Part shown: positions 22,371 through 32,231 of the stretch, piece after piece
How positions within the stretch are numbered: the stretch's first letter is position 1
Layout of the letters: each line of letters opens with the position of its first letter
From: Longimicrobiales bacterium
GTDB lineage: Bacteria > Gemmatimonadota > Gemmatimonadetes > Longimicrobiales > Gaopeijiaceae
NCBI GenBank assembly: GCA_965219445.1
Contig: CBDCNQ010000005.1
Location: 1,216,001 to 1,280,000, forward strand
Length of the DNA: 64,000 nucleotides
Direction: 5' to 3'
Translations under genes and position numbers: made by a program
Notes under the pieces: model-generated
What the model was told of the DNA's origin: nothing
Database searches by the model: none
The model's input: only the letters and a program-made list of their open reading frames with translations

Positions 22371-25300
22371 TCACCGTCGCCTCGGGACCCCCAGGGGCTC
22401 CCACGGGTCGGCCTGGATCCTGTCATCGTCCAGCCTTCCGTAGAACGCCGGGACTCGGACCAGGATCAGCGCGTTGAGTTGCCCGATGAGCTCGGGAGCG
22501 TCTAGCCATGCCCTCTCGACGACTTGGAGTTGATCTTCGGTGGGGCGTGTGGTCGAGGCTTCGATCTGTCGACCCGTACCCATGGGCAGCCGACTTAGGT
22601 TTCCATCCAAGTCATCGAGGACTTCCTGAATCTCCCTCAGCTGATCTCTGAACATTTCGGCGGCGTTCGTGTCACGCAGAAGCTGCTCCAGGTCGGAGAG
22701 CTGCAAGTGAAGCCGCTCGACCGCCTGTCGGGCATGGTACATCGGGGCCTGCAACTCGTACATGGATATCAGCGCCGCCTGACGTGCGGCTAGATCCGCT
22801 CGCGATACTTCGATCCGGGGATCCTGACGAACCGTGAGGTCCCCGAACATGGTAGTCTTTCCTACGTCCATCCGGATCTGATACACGTTCGGGAGCACGG
22901 TGGGCCCTCGGGCCATGAGTTCTTCTCTTTCCGGCTCGTCCTGCTGCGGTTCGTAGGCGGGCTCGATCCGGAAGTCCCACAACACCTCGTGCGCTCCGGG
23001 CGTCGTGGGCCCGTGAAGCGTTCTCACGTCTTGTCCCATTGCGGTGAGAATCTCGATCTCGAGCTGCGGAACTTCGTCGGCTTCCTGGGCCTCCTCCTCC
23101 TCGTCTTCCACGTCGTCTTCGTTCCCGTCCCTGGATTCTGCGTCACCCAGGTCGAGTCCCTCCGGGATCCAGTAACGGATCCGCGCACCGACGCTCGGAT
23201 TAGGAAGCCTGAACTCACCGGAAGCCGTCCAATCCTGAATGTTGCGTTGCCTCCATTGGACGACCTGCCCGCCCCGGAAAAGATACGGCGTTCCGGCCAG
23301 GACCGATCCGCTCGCCAGCTGTTCCAGCGGTGCGATATCGTCGAGCACCCATATGCCTCGGCCGTGGGTTCCGATCAGCAGGTCGTCGTAGGTGGGATGT
23401 ACGCGGATGTCATCGACGGGGACAGTAGGGAGACCGTTCATGAGCGGGTACCAGCGATCTCCCCCATCCAATGAGACAAACACGCCGACCTCGTTGCCGA
23501 GGAAGAGGAGGTTGTCTTCGTCCGGGTGTTCAGTCAGGACGTTGACGGACGCTTGGGGCAGTCCGTCGGTGATCGATTGCCAGCGCTCCCCGAAGTCGTC
23601 ACTTACATAGACGTACGGGGCGAAGTCCCCGGAGTAGTGTCCATCGAAGGTGGCATAGACTCGGCCCTCCTCTACGTTGGAGGCCACGATGCGACTCACG
23701 TATGTGTTATCCGGCAGGTCCCGAATGTCATCCGTCAGGTCGGCCCAAGTGGTCCCGCCGTCCCGCGTCCCCATGACCCGTCCGTCGTCACTGCCCGTAT
23801 ACAGCACGTTCGGGTCGAGAGGCGATTCGGACAGCGTCGTCACGGTGCTGTAGAACGTCACGCCGTCGTGCCTCGAGAGCATCGAATCGGAGGGGAGCAC
23901 GTCCATGATGGGCAGTTGCGAGCGGTCGATGTCGTGCGTCAGGTCGGGGCTGATCTGAGTCCAGCTGTCGCCCCGATCGGTACTTCTGAGGAGCATCTGG
24001 GCACCGAGATAGATGGTGCTCGGATCGTGCACCGAGATCGCCATCGGGGTGTTCCAGTTGAACCTGTATTCGCGCGCCTCGTCGTCCGGCTCGTCATCCG
24101 AGGGGTATTCCTTCTTTGGAATCGTGCCCTCGTCCAGCTCGAAGCGAGGCGAGGGTCGGATGGACACGCGCTCACCCGTGTGGGCGTCGACCCGTCTGAT
24201 GCCGCCATTCTGCGACTCCGCGTATACGACCGTCGGGTCGGCAGGATCGATTCGCACATAGAATCCATCCCCGCCTCCGACGTTCTGCCAATCGGCGTTT
24301 CGTATGCCCTGGCTGTCGAGCGTATTGGTGGGACCGCACCAGGTTCCGTTGTCTTGAAGTCCGCCACAGACCCAGTAGGGACGCCGGTTGTCGAAGCCGA
24401 TCTCATAGAACTGGGCGATCGGCAAGTTGTTGTAGAAACGCCAAGTTTCGGAGCGGTCGAAGGAAGTCGAGACACCTCCGTCGCCACCGAGCAGCAAGTG
24501 GTTGGAGTCGCTCGGATCGATCCAAAGAGCGTGATGGTCGAGATGGACGTTCCCGGCCCCGTCGTCCGTAAAGGTCCTTCCCCCGTTGTCGGAGCGCATG
24601 AGATCTTGGCCACCGACGTAGATTCGCTCGGGGTCGTTCGGGTCGACCCGAATCTGGCCGAAGTACATCGGTCGTGGATTCGTTCCAGAGAGCTTTTCCC
24701 AGGTGTCACCGCGGTCAGTGGAGCCGTAGATCCCCGTTTGGCCACGGCGGGCTTCCACGGTGGCGAAGACGAGGTTGCCGTCCCGCCGGTAGATGTCGAG
24801 GCCGATGCGCCCAAGGTCTCCATCCGGAAGACCCTCCTTCAGGCGCGTCCAGCTTGCGCCACCGTCCACCGTACGGTAGATGCCGCTTCCCGGCCCACCT
24901 CCGTTGAAGCCCCAAGCCGTGCGCCGGCGCGAATACATCGCCGCGAATAGCCTGTTGGGGTCCGACGGGTCCATGGCGAGGTCGATCGCCCCTGTGTTGG
25001 TGTCTAGATACAGGACCAGCTCCCAGCTGTCCCCACCGTCGGTCGTCTTGTAGACGCCGCGCTCCGAGCTGTCCTTCCAGAGGTTGCCCACGGCCGCGAC
25101 AAAGGCGACGTCCGGGTTCCGTGGGTCGACCTGGATCCGCGAGATATGGCGGGTTTCCCGAAGACCCTTATGAAGCCACGTCCGCCCCCCGTCCATCGAC
25201 TTGAAGACTCCGTCCCCCCAAGGTGAACTCTGACGGTTCTGGGGCTCTCCCGTTCCGACCCAAACTATGTCGGGGTTCGACGGGGCCAGCGTCACATCGC

Positions 25301-25595
25301 CGATCGAGGCTGTGGATTGGTCTGTGAAGATGGGCTCCCACGTAGTGCCGTGGTTCGTGCTCTTCCAAATGCCGGCACTTGCTGTTCCGACGTAGATGAT
25401 GCGCGTGTCGGTCTCGTCGATGGCGAGGTCGCTCACGCGCCCACCGGCGACGGCCGGCCCAACCTCACGCCATTCAAGGAACGCCACCGGGCCGAGGCCC
25501 TCCTGTATTCCGTCGTCCTGAGCATGTGCGGGCGACCCAAGGGGAAAAATGAGGGCCGCGGCTGGGAAGCACAGCGAGGCACGCGCTATTTTCAT
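22371..25595 (-). CDS. Secreted BNR/Asp-box (VPS10/sortilin-like) beta-propeller protein, putative glycosyl hydrolase
   Basis: Signal peptide, WREVGPAVAGGRV, many SxDGGxTW Asp-boxes. Confidence 0.88.
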   Translation of the reverse strand: MKIARASLCFPAAALIFPLGSPAHAQDDGIQEGLGPVAFLEWREVGPAVAGGRVSDLAIDETDTRIIYVGTASAGIWKSTNHGTTWEPIFTDQSTASIGDVTLAPSNPDIVWVGTGEPQNRQSSPWGDGVFKSMDGGRTWLHKGLRETRHISRIQVDPRNPDVAFVAAVGNLWKDSSERGVYKTTDGGDSWELVLYLDTNTGAIDLAMDPSDPNRLFAAMYSRRRTAWGFNGGGPGSGIYRTVDGGASWTRLKEGLPDGDLGRIGLDIYRRDGNLVFATVEARRGQTGIYGSTDRGDTWEKLSGTNPRPMYFGQIRVDPNDPERIYVGGQDLMRSDNGGRTFTDDGAGNVHLDHHALWIDPSDSNHLLLGGDGGVSTSFDRSETWRFYNNLPIAQFYEIGFDNRRPYWVCGGLQDNGTWCGPTNTLDSQGIRNADWQNVGGGDGFYVRIDPADPTVVYAESQNGGIRRVDAHTGERVSIRPSPRFELDEGTIPKKEYPSDDEPDDEAREYRFNWNTPMAISVHDPSTIYLGAQMLLRSTDRGDSWTQISPDLTHDIDRSQLPIMDVLPSDSMLSRHDGVTFYSTVTTLSESPLDPNVLYTGSDDGRVMGTRDGGTTWADLTDDIRDLPDNTYVSRIVASNVEEGRVYATFDGHYSGDFAPYVYVSDDFGERWQSITDGLPQASVNVLTEHPDEDNLLFLGNEVGVFVSLDGGDRWYPLMNGLPTVPVDDIRVHPTYDDLLIGTHGRGIWVLDDIAPLEQLASGSVLAGTPYLFRGGQVVQWRQRNIQDWTASGEFRLPNPSVGARIRYWIPEGLDLGDAESRDGNEDDVEDEEEEAQEADEVPQLEIEILTAMGQDVRTLHGPTTPGAHEVLWDFRIEPAYEPQQDEPEREELMARGPTVLPNVYQIRMDVGKTTMFGDLTVRQDPRIEVSRADLAARQAALISMYELQAPMYHARQAVERLHLQLSDLEQLLRDTNAAEMFRDQLREIQEVLDDLDGNLSRLPMGTGRQIEASTTRPTEDQLQVVERAWLDAPELIGQLNALILVRVPAFYGRLDDDRIQADPWEPLGVPRRR

Positions 25596-25811
25596 GCGTC
25601 GATCCTTCTAGATTGAACGCCGGACCTGTCCGGATTCCAGCCACCGGGCCACCGGCGGCGAGGCCACGGATCCATCGGGCCGATCCTTAAAGATGGACGA
25701 ACCCACGACGCAGGGCAAAGGTGATGGGGTGCCCGTGGTGCTCGGGTCCGAAAGCGATCGGCTCTCGCCTATAATGGTTGGGGCGTACGTAGCGGGGATG
25801 ACTGAAGACGA

Positions 25812-25844
25812 ACGGCTCCCCAGCCCTGAGGGCTGGGGAGCCGT
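25812..25844 (-). terminator. Perfect 15-bp hairpin, likely terminator of the outer-membrane gene on the minus strand
   Basis: ACGGCTCCCCAGCCC-TGA-GGGCTGGGGAGCCGT. Confidence 0.65.
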
Positions 25845-25923
25845 CGAAATGGATGAGCGTTGCCCTGACGGTGCGTTTACGGCTGATCAGCCAGAGCCCG
25901 GCCCGAACAAGACGCTTCCTGTG

Positions 25924-26580
25924 CTACGGTAAGGAGTAAAACGCGCCAAGCATGAATCCGAACGACGACAGATCCTCGGTACCGGCCTCAAACCTTTGCA
26001 GATCGAACGCCGCGAAAAATCCAACGCCATTCTCGGTGCTGTACGACCCGCCAGCCGACACGCCGAATTTCGACTCGGTGTCGCTGACACCGCCGGTAGA
26101 GTCACGGAGGAAGTTCCACCGGGGCATCACCCAGACCCTTCCCGGGCCGTCGTTGTTACTCTGGATCGCTACGCCGACCGGAATGTTCAGGAGCGACGTG
26201 TTGTCGGGGGTGCCATCGACGGACATCCACCCCAAGCCACTCTGAACCGTCACCTGTACGGGCGCATCGTTATCGGGAAGCACGTGAACGCCTACCCGGC
26301 CGGCGAGCGTCAACTCGTCGGTGTCAGTCGCGACGTATCCGCCGCTCACCCCGAAGGAAACCCTCTCCATGCCTCTTACGACCCCGGCAGCGAACCCGCT
26401 TTGCTTTCCGGAATTGTCATTGAGTCCACGGGCGAATCCTGCCCCAATGGAGGTCGCTCCATCGGCATCACCCGGTGCCAACGCGAGGACGGGGAAGTTG
26501 ATCAGCTGGCCCGTGGCCGGCATGGCGATCAGCAGCGCAGCGATCCACGCGAAGGAAAATACGAATTTGTGTTGGGTCAT
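25924..26580 (-). CDS. Putative outer-membrane beta-barrel protein
   Basis: Signal peptide and alternating Gly/aromatic beta-strands. Confidence 0.65.
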   Translation of the reverse strand: MTQHKFVFSFAWIAALLIAMPATGQLINFPVLALAPGDADGATSIGAGFARGLNDNSGKQSGFAAGVVRGMERVSFGVSGGYVATDTDELTLAGRVGVHVLPDNDAPVQVTVQSGLGWMSVDGTPDNTSLLNIPVGVAIQSNNDGPGRVWVMPRWNFLRDSTGGVSDTESKFGVSAGGSYSTENGVGFFAAFDLQRFEAGTEDLSSFGFMLGAFYSLP

Positions 26581-27000
26581 TTCAGATCCTTTGATACGAA
26601 AGTGAAAAGTGTGCTCAGGTCTTTCTGACATTGGGCGGGATACGCCTGGCGCTACAGATGTTTCCTTGCGCCCGTACCAATACCTCACAGATAGGTGCTA
26701 GGAGTCAAGTCCTTTCTTGTAGAGCTTTTGTCGCTGAAATCCTCGGCTTTGGCCGGGGGGCCGAGGACGCTGCGCTTAATGCCTCCCCTACGGCTACGTC
26801 GACGTCTCTCGTGAGGACCCTGAGAATGCACTCCTCGAGAGTCTCGGCTGATCGTCCTACGGAGAGGACATTCCCTCGTTACTGTCGGTAGTCATCGTCT
26901 CCGAATCTCGTGTCCGTGCCCCGTGGAAAGGGGTGGAAATCCCTGTCATTTGGCGGCCCCTTGGGGCATTCGGACCGATGGGACGCTTCTTCTCGCCTCC

Positions 27001-27015
27001 TGGCATCGGTCTTGC
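27001..27015 (+). promoter_or_regulatory. Candidate sigma-54 (-24/-12) promoter
   Basis: TGGCAT-CGGTC-TTGC, about 75 bp upstream of ATG 27090. Confidence 0.5.
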
Positions 27016-27089
27016 CCATTTGGCTGGCACACGTCGTGGAGAAGTTCAGTAAAGGAACAACGACGAACACGTGCCCCTGGAGGCAAGAA

Positions 27090-27827
27090 ATGCGCATCGT
27101 CTTGATCACCGGCCTGGTCATGACTCTCTCAGCCGTTGAAGGCGAGGCCCAGACACCCCGCGTGCCTCGTGGGTATTTCGATGTCACGTTGGTTGGGGCC
27201 CAGCCCACGGGAGACTTCGGACAGATCGTAGACGAAGGGTGGGGGTTGGAACTCGGAGGACGTTATGAGTTGGATCCCGCTGGAGGCCTCAGTGTTCGGG
27301 GCAGCCTGGGCTTCATCAACTACGGGAGCGAGACGCTCCGGTTTTGCAGCGTCTACAGCTGTCGGGTCGGCATGGATCTCGACACGCGGAACAACATCCT
27401 GTTCCTGGGCGTCGGCCCTGAGTTGGCTATTCGAATGGGCCCATTGCGACCCTACGGCAGGGTCTCCCTGGGTGTCGGCTATTTCGTAACGACCTCCGGA
27501 CTCAGCGGAAGCGATGACTGGTCCGGTCACTCATACGCGAACACCAACAACCTCGATGACTTCGTTTTTCAGCGGCGCGCGGGCGCCGGATTAGGGCTCC
27601 GGTTGTCGAACGGACGGCGCCCGGTCTGGATGGATCTCGGCGCCGACTATCATCACAACGGCACCGCCACGTACCTGAGAGAGGGAGATATCGTAGATCA
27701 ACCTGACGGCAGCATCGTCATCTACCCACGCAGGACCGAGGCGAATCTGTGGAGCTTTCGTGTTGGCGTGTCGATTGGGTTTGCGGGTGATGGGGGTCAT
27801 CACGGTGACGAATGGCACGGGCGGTAG
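27090..27827 (+). CDS. Outer-membrane beta-barrel protein
   Basis: GGAGG RBS, signal peptide, beta-strand pattern ending WSFRVGVSIGF. Confidence 0.75.
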   Translation: MRIVLITGLVMTLSAVEGEAQTPRVPRGYFDVTLVGAQPTGDFGQIVDEGWGLELGGRYELDPAGGLSVRGSLGFINYGSETLRFCSVYSCRVGMDLDTRNNILFLGVGPELAIRMGPLRPYGRVSLGVGYFVTTSGLSGSDDWSGHSYANTNNLDDFVFQRRAGAGLGLRLSNGRRPVWMDLGADYHHNGTATYLREGDIVDQPDGSIVIYPRRTEANLWSFRVGVSIGFAGDGGHHGDEWHGR

Positions 27828-27847
27828 CCACATCCCACTTATCAACG

Positions 27848-27883
27848 CAGGGCCGCGCGACCCGGGTGGCCGCGCGGCCCTGC
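27848..27883. terminator. GC-rich hairpin between convergent genes
   Basis: CAGGGCCGCGCG...CGCGCGGCCCTG. Confidence 0.5.
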
Positions 27884-27934
27884 TGTTTCTCTCAGCGTGA
27901 AGCGTGGTTGGAGTGCGCCGAGTGTGCCGGGCCT

Positions 27935-29122
27935 CTAACCCGGCCTAGCCACGCCGGTCGACCCGCTCGGTCTCGGCCCCATGCCTCTATAGAGGTGCTT
28001 CTGGACACGCTTCCCTTCGTAGGTCTCCGTCGTGTAGATGTTTCCGCGCGAGTCGGTCGCGATGCTGTGGGCCCCGTAGAACTGACCGGGGGTACGCCCG
28101 CCGTCGCCGAAGTTGTACAGGTACTCGAGCCCTTCGCGCCTGACGACGTGGACCTTTTCGTTCATGCCGTCGACGACGTAAAGGAACGTTTGATTCGGAT
28201 CCGGTGAGAAGGCGACGTCCCATACGGCTCCGGCGCCCCTCGTGTTCTTCTCGATGAAGATCTCATCGACGAATGTGCCGTCCTTCTGAAAGACCTGAAC
28301 CCGGTCTGACCCACGGTCGCAGACGTACACCAGGTTACCGTTCGCCGGATCGGCGCAGTGCACCGGACCACGGAACTGCTGGGTCGGCGGCGCGCTCGGG
28401 TCGTAGGCTCCGAGGTTGTTGTCGTTTGGTACATTGCCGTAGGCACCCCAGAATCGCTTGAGGTCACCGTTCGTCGCATCGATGACCGCGACCCGCTTGT
28501 TTCCGTAGCCGTCGGCGAGGTACATCTCGTTGGCGTCGGCGTCGAAGGTGACCTTGGCCACCCGTGAAAAGTGGTTATCGGCATTGCTGTTGGGGTCCGT
28601 GTAGCCAGCATCGCCCACCTGCATCAGGAAGTCCCCGGCCCGGCTGAACTTCAACACATGCGAGTCCCCGGCCCCATTTCCGCCGATCCAAACGTTGTCC
28701 ATATGGTCCACGACGATGCCGTGATTAGAGGTCGGCCAGTCGTACCCGGGACCCGGACCACCCCAGGACCCGACCACGTTACCCTCGGGATCGAATTCGA
28801 GAACGGGCGGTGCCGCGAAGCAGCACGCGTCCGCGCTCGGCGGGTCCAGCGCCGCCGGTATCTCGTTATTCGCCAGGTTCCCTCGGTGGATGATCCAGAC
28901 GTGATCCCGAGAGTCCACCCCCACGCCAATGGTCGAGCCGAGTAGCCAATGATTCGGCAGCGGCTTCGGCCAGAACGGATCCACCTCGAACATCGGCGCC
29001 ATCGATGCATCGGCGACCGCCGGATCGGACGCCATGTCGGTCGGCATCCCGGCGTCGCCACCACCACTACAGGCGGCGCAAAGGATTACGAGGGCAGGTG
29101 CTACAAAATGCTTGAACGTCAT
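27935..29122 (-). CDS. NHL-repeat beta-propeller lipoprotein (PAL-like), copy 1
   Basis: Lipobox LCAAC; FEVDPFWPKPLP, YLADGYGN, GQFYGAHSIATDSRGNIY. Confidence 0.85.
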   Translation of the reverse strand: MTFKHFVAPALVILCAACSGGGDAGMPTDMASDPAVADASMAPMFEVDPFWPKPLPNHWLLGSTIGVGVDSRDHVWIIHRGNLANNEIPAALDPPSADACCFAAPPVLEFDPEGNVVGSWGGPGPGYDWPTSNHGIVVDHMDNVWIGGNGAGDSHVLKFSRAGDFLMQVGDAGYTDPNSNADNHFSRVAKVTFDADANEMYLADGYGNKRVAVIDATNGDLKRFWGAYGNVPNDNNLGAYDPSAPPTQQFRGPVHCADPANGNLVYVCDRGSDRVQVFQKDGTFVDEIFIEKNTRGAGAVWDVAFSPDPNQTFLYVVDGMNEKVHVVRREGLEYLYNFGDGGRTPGQFYGAHSIATDSRGNIYTTETYEGKRVQKHLYRGMGPRPSGSTGVARPG

Positions 29123-29146
29123 CGCATTCCTCCTTAGCTCAGATTA

Positions 29147-30334
29147 TCAATTCGGCCAGACCACACCCACCGACCCACTCGGCGCTGGCCCCATTCCCGT
29201 GTAGACGAACTTTTGAAGGCGCTTGCCCTCGTACGTCTCCGTTACGTAAAGATTACCCCGCGAGTCGGTCTCGATGCTGTGCGCGCCAAAGAACTGACCG
29301 GGGTACCGTCCACCATCACCGAAGTTGTAGACGTACTCCAGCCCTTCGCGCCTGATGACGTGGACCTTTTCGTTCACACCGTCGGCCACGTAGAGGAAGG
29401 TCTGGTTCGGGTCTGGCGAAAAAGCGACGTCCCAGACGGAGCCGGAACCGAGTGTGTTCTTCTCGATCATGATCTCGTCGACGAACGTGCCATCCTTCTG
29501 AAAGACCTGGAGCCGATCGCCGGTGCGATCGCACGCGTACACGAAGCCGTCGGGTGTGGGATCGGCGCAGTGGACCGGATTTCCGAATTGCTGTCGCGGC
29601 GGCGCACTCGGGTCGTACGGTCCCAGATTTTCGTCACTCGGCACGTTCCCGTAGGCGCCCCAGAATCGCTTCAGGTCCCCACTCGTGGCGTCGATGACGG
29701 CCACCCGCTTGTTGAGGTAGCCATCCGCCAGGTACATCTCGTTGGCCTCCGCGTCGAACCTGACCTTGGCCACTCGCGCGTAATGGTTGTAGGCGTTGCT
29801 GTTGGGCTCCGCGTGGCCCGCTTCGCCCACCTGCATCAGGAACTCACCAGTGCGGCTGAACTTCAACACGTGCGAGTCTCCGAGCCCATTTCCACCGATC
29901 CAAACGTTGTCCATATGGTCCACGTCGATGCCGTGATTCGAGACCGGCCAGTCGTATCCGGGACCCGGCCCACCCCATGACCCCACCAGGTTGCCCTCAG
30001 GATCGAACTCCAGAATCGGAGGGGCAGCAAAACAACACTCCTCCGCAACCGGCGGGTCGAGCGCCGCCGGTCTCTCGTTATTCGCCAGGTTCCCTCGGTG
30101 GATGACCCAAACGTGTTCCCGCGAGTCCACCGCCACGCCGATCGTCGAGCCGAGCAGCCAATGATTCGGCAGCGGCTTCGGCCAGAGCGGATCCACCTCG
30201 AACATGGGGGCCATCGATGCATCGGTGACCGCCGGATCGGACGCCATATCAGCGGGCGCGCCGGCACCACCGCCGCCACTACAGGCGGCGCAAAGGATGA
30301 CAAGGGCAGCTGCTACGAGGTGCTTGGACGTCAT
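29147..30334 (-). CDS. NHL-repeat beta-propeller lipoprotein (PAL-like), copy 2
   Basis: Same length (395 aa) and colinear with copy 1. Confidence 0.85.
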   Translation of the reverse strand: MTSKHLVAAALVILCAACSGGGGAGAPADMASDPAVTDASMAPMFEVDPLWPKPLPNHWLLGSTIGVAVDSREHVWVIHRGNLANNERPAALDPPVAEECCFAAPPILEFDPEGNLVGSWGGPGPGYDWPVSNHGIDVDHMDNVWIGGNGLGDSHVLKFSRTGEFLMQVGEAGHAEPNSNAYNHYARVAKVRFDAEANEMYLADGYLNKRVAVIDATSGDLKRFWGAYGNVPSDENLGPYDPSAPPRQQFGNPVHCADPTPDGFVYACDRTGDRLQVFQKDGTFVDEIMIEKNTLGSGSVWDVAFSPDPNQTFLYVADGVNEKVHVIRREGLEYVYNFGDGGRYPGQFFGAHSIETDSRGNLYVTETYEGKRLQKFVYTGMGPAPSGSVGVVWPN

Positions 30335-30403
30335 CGCATCCCTCCTTGGTTCATAGGTTTGCCACTGAGGGTGCGGTCAATTCGCGCCCGGCGCAAGTGA
30401 GCC

Positions 30404-31153
30404 TCAGTGGGTCAATGCATAGATGATGTAATTCACACCGAGCCGATACGCGTCGTTTGTGGGATCGACCGCGAAGAGCCCCGAGGCGGACCACTCCCAG
30501 TACTCCGCCAAGTCCGAGTTGTGATTGGCCAGAACCATCACGCGCTTCGTCGGATCGTTGTCCTCGAAGATGGCCATATACCGGGGATCGACCGCGACGA
30601 ACGGGTGAGGCACATAGATGTCCTCGATGTAGAAGAACGTCCCGAAGATCGGGTGGGTATCGTCCAATTCGACCCACTCCCGTTCCGGAAGTGCTCGGAG
30701 GAGCTGGGCGTCCATGTTGTTCCACTGGCCCGCCTCGAAGTCGTCGAAGATGAGGAAGCCACCTTTGAGTAGGTATTCCCGGAGATTCAGGGCGCCCTCC
30801 TCGGAAATACCCCAGAAGCCGGGCTCGGAGATGTAGATGAGCGGGTGCTGGAATATTCGAGGGTCCTCCAACAGGACCACGTTGCTCCCGCTCGTGTTGG
30901 GCTCGAGGGCCGTGAACTCGTCGAGAATCGTCTGGATGTTCCGGTCTGCATCCGGGTAGTCATGGGCCCACGCTGAACGGCCGAATCCTCGAAACCCCGA
31001 CCCGCCGTACCGGATGCGAGTGAACGTGAAGTCCCCGTTGTAAGGGACCTGGTAGAGCGGATCATTCTGGGCCGCAGCGATCGCCCCTACCGTGATAAGA
31101 GCCAGTATCGCCCCCGCCCAGAGATGGCGTGCCGGTCCGGAAAACATCGCCAC
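30404..31153 (-). CDS. DUF4159 domain protein
   Basis: FTFTRIRY, WAHDYPDAD, LREYLLKGGFLIFDDF, LGVNYIIYALTH. Confidence 0.85.
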   Translation of the reverse strand: MAMFSGPARHLWAGAILALITVGAIAAAQNDPLYQVPYNGDFTFTRIRYGGSGFRGFGRSAWAHDYPDADRNIQTILDEFTALEPNTSGSNVVLLEDPRIFQHPLIYISEPGFWGISEEGALNLREYLLKGGFLIFDDFEAGQWNNMDAQLLRALPEREWVELDDTHPIFGTFFYIEDIYVPHPFVAVDPRYMAIFEDNDPTKRVMVLANHNSDLAEYWEWSASGLFAVDPTNDAYRLGVNYIIYALTH

Positions 31154-31254
31154 CGCTAGGTGCCCCGCTTCAGGTTCTTGGTCATCATGCCCCGATTCTC
31201 CCCTCGTGGCGGCTGTTTGGGCCGGTTCGGGCCAGTTCGGCCGGTCTAGGTTTC

Positions 31255-32019
31255 TTACGGTCTATCCACTGAAAGTGACACGTGAAGGTGATCCGCCGAA
31301 GCGACATGGTGGAGGCTTCGGAAGCCCATGATCCGGAAATAGGCCACTGTCAGGCGATTTCTCCTCGGACTGTAGCCCATAGTGCGGAGATCCATCGCAT
31401 GAACGTATCGGTCTTCGAGCTTGAAGTGGAGGGACGCCTCGCTGATGGGGAGACCCATCCCGAGATAGTCCTCGGCCGTTCGCTCCCGGTCCGTGACGAG
31501 CGCGTTTCTGTCGAATAGGAAGTAGGTGCTGGCTCCGAGTCTCATGAGCGGATGCAGAGACGTATAGTCGTCCTTGACGTCGGGATTCTTCGCGCCTCCC
31601 GCGGACAGGTAGAGGAGCCCGTATATGCTGTAGCCCGCGACAACGGCGATCACAACCGGCCGCACGATTCGCGGCCAACGGTCCTCGCTGGTGAAGCGGC
31701 GCCAGAGCCATGTCGCGTAGGCGGAAAAGACGACTACTGTGGCAAGCACACCCAGCCCGATCGACGACAAAGTGTCCCAGCCCAAGCTCTGATAGGCGTA
31801 CATCGACCCACGGATCAGGACGAAAAACGGCAGAGAAAGTACGGCCATCCATTTGATTGCAGGCAACCCCCAGCGTCGTCCCCAACGCGATCCGACCTCC
31901 AGTCCGACCCGGAATCCAACCTGGAGTTTGGGCTTCGCGACCTTCAGCCAGGGACGCTTCTCCTTCAGCGGAATCTCGCCGAGGTCCACCTCCGATACGC
32001 TCTCCCGCTCTTCGTCCAT
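31255..32019 (-). CDS. Membrane protein with possible M15/LAS-type metallopeptidase C-terminal domain
   Basis: Three hydrophobic segments, then SLH...AMD...DHLH. Confidence 0.6.
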   Translation of the reverse strand: MDEERESVSEVDLGEIPLKEKRPWLKVAKPKLQVGFRVGLEVGSRWGRRWGLPAIKWMAVLSLPFFVLIRGSMYAYQSLGWDTLSSIGLGVLATVVVFSAYATWLWRRFTSEDRWPRIVRPVVIAVVAGYSIYGLLYLSAGGAKNPDVKDDYTSLHPLMRLGASTYFLFDRNALVTDRERTAEDYLGMGLPISEASLHFKLEDRYVHAMDLRTMGYSPRRNRLTVAYFRIMGFRSLHHVASADHLHVSLSVDRP

Positions 32020-32231
32020 CGTCTTCTCTCTGCACCCCTATTCAGTCCGGCCGAACCCCGGTTCACGCTCCTCTTCCCTTCCATCCGCCCTACACTTCGC
32101 CTTTGCTGGCCGGAGGATCGATGCACCTTACTCTGCTCGGGCCATGCACCGCCAGGCGCCTCGTTGTACGATTCCTGGACTCGAAGGCTCCATACAGGGG
32201 ACCGACGAGGCCCGTCCGACCCAGAGGTCCG

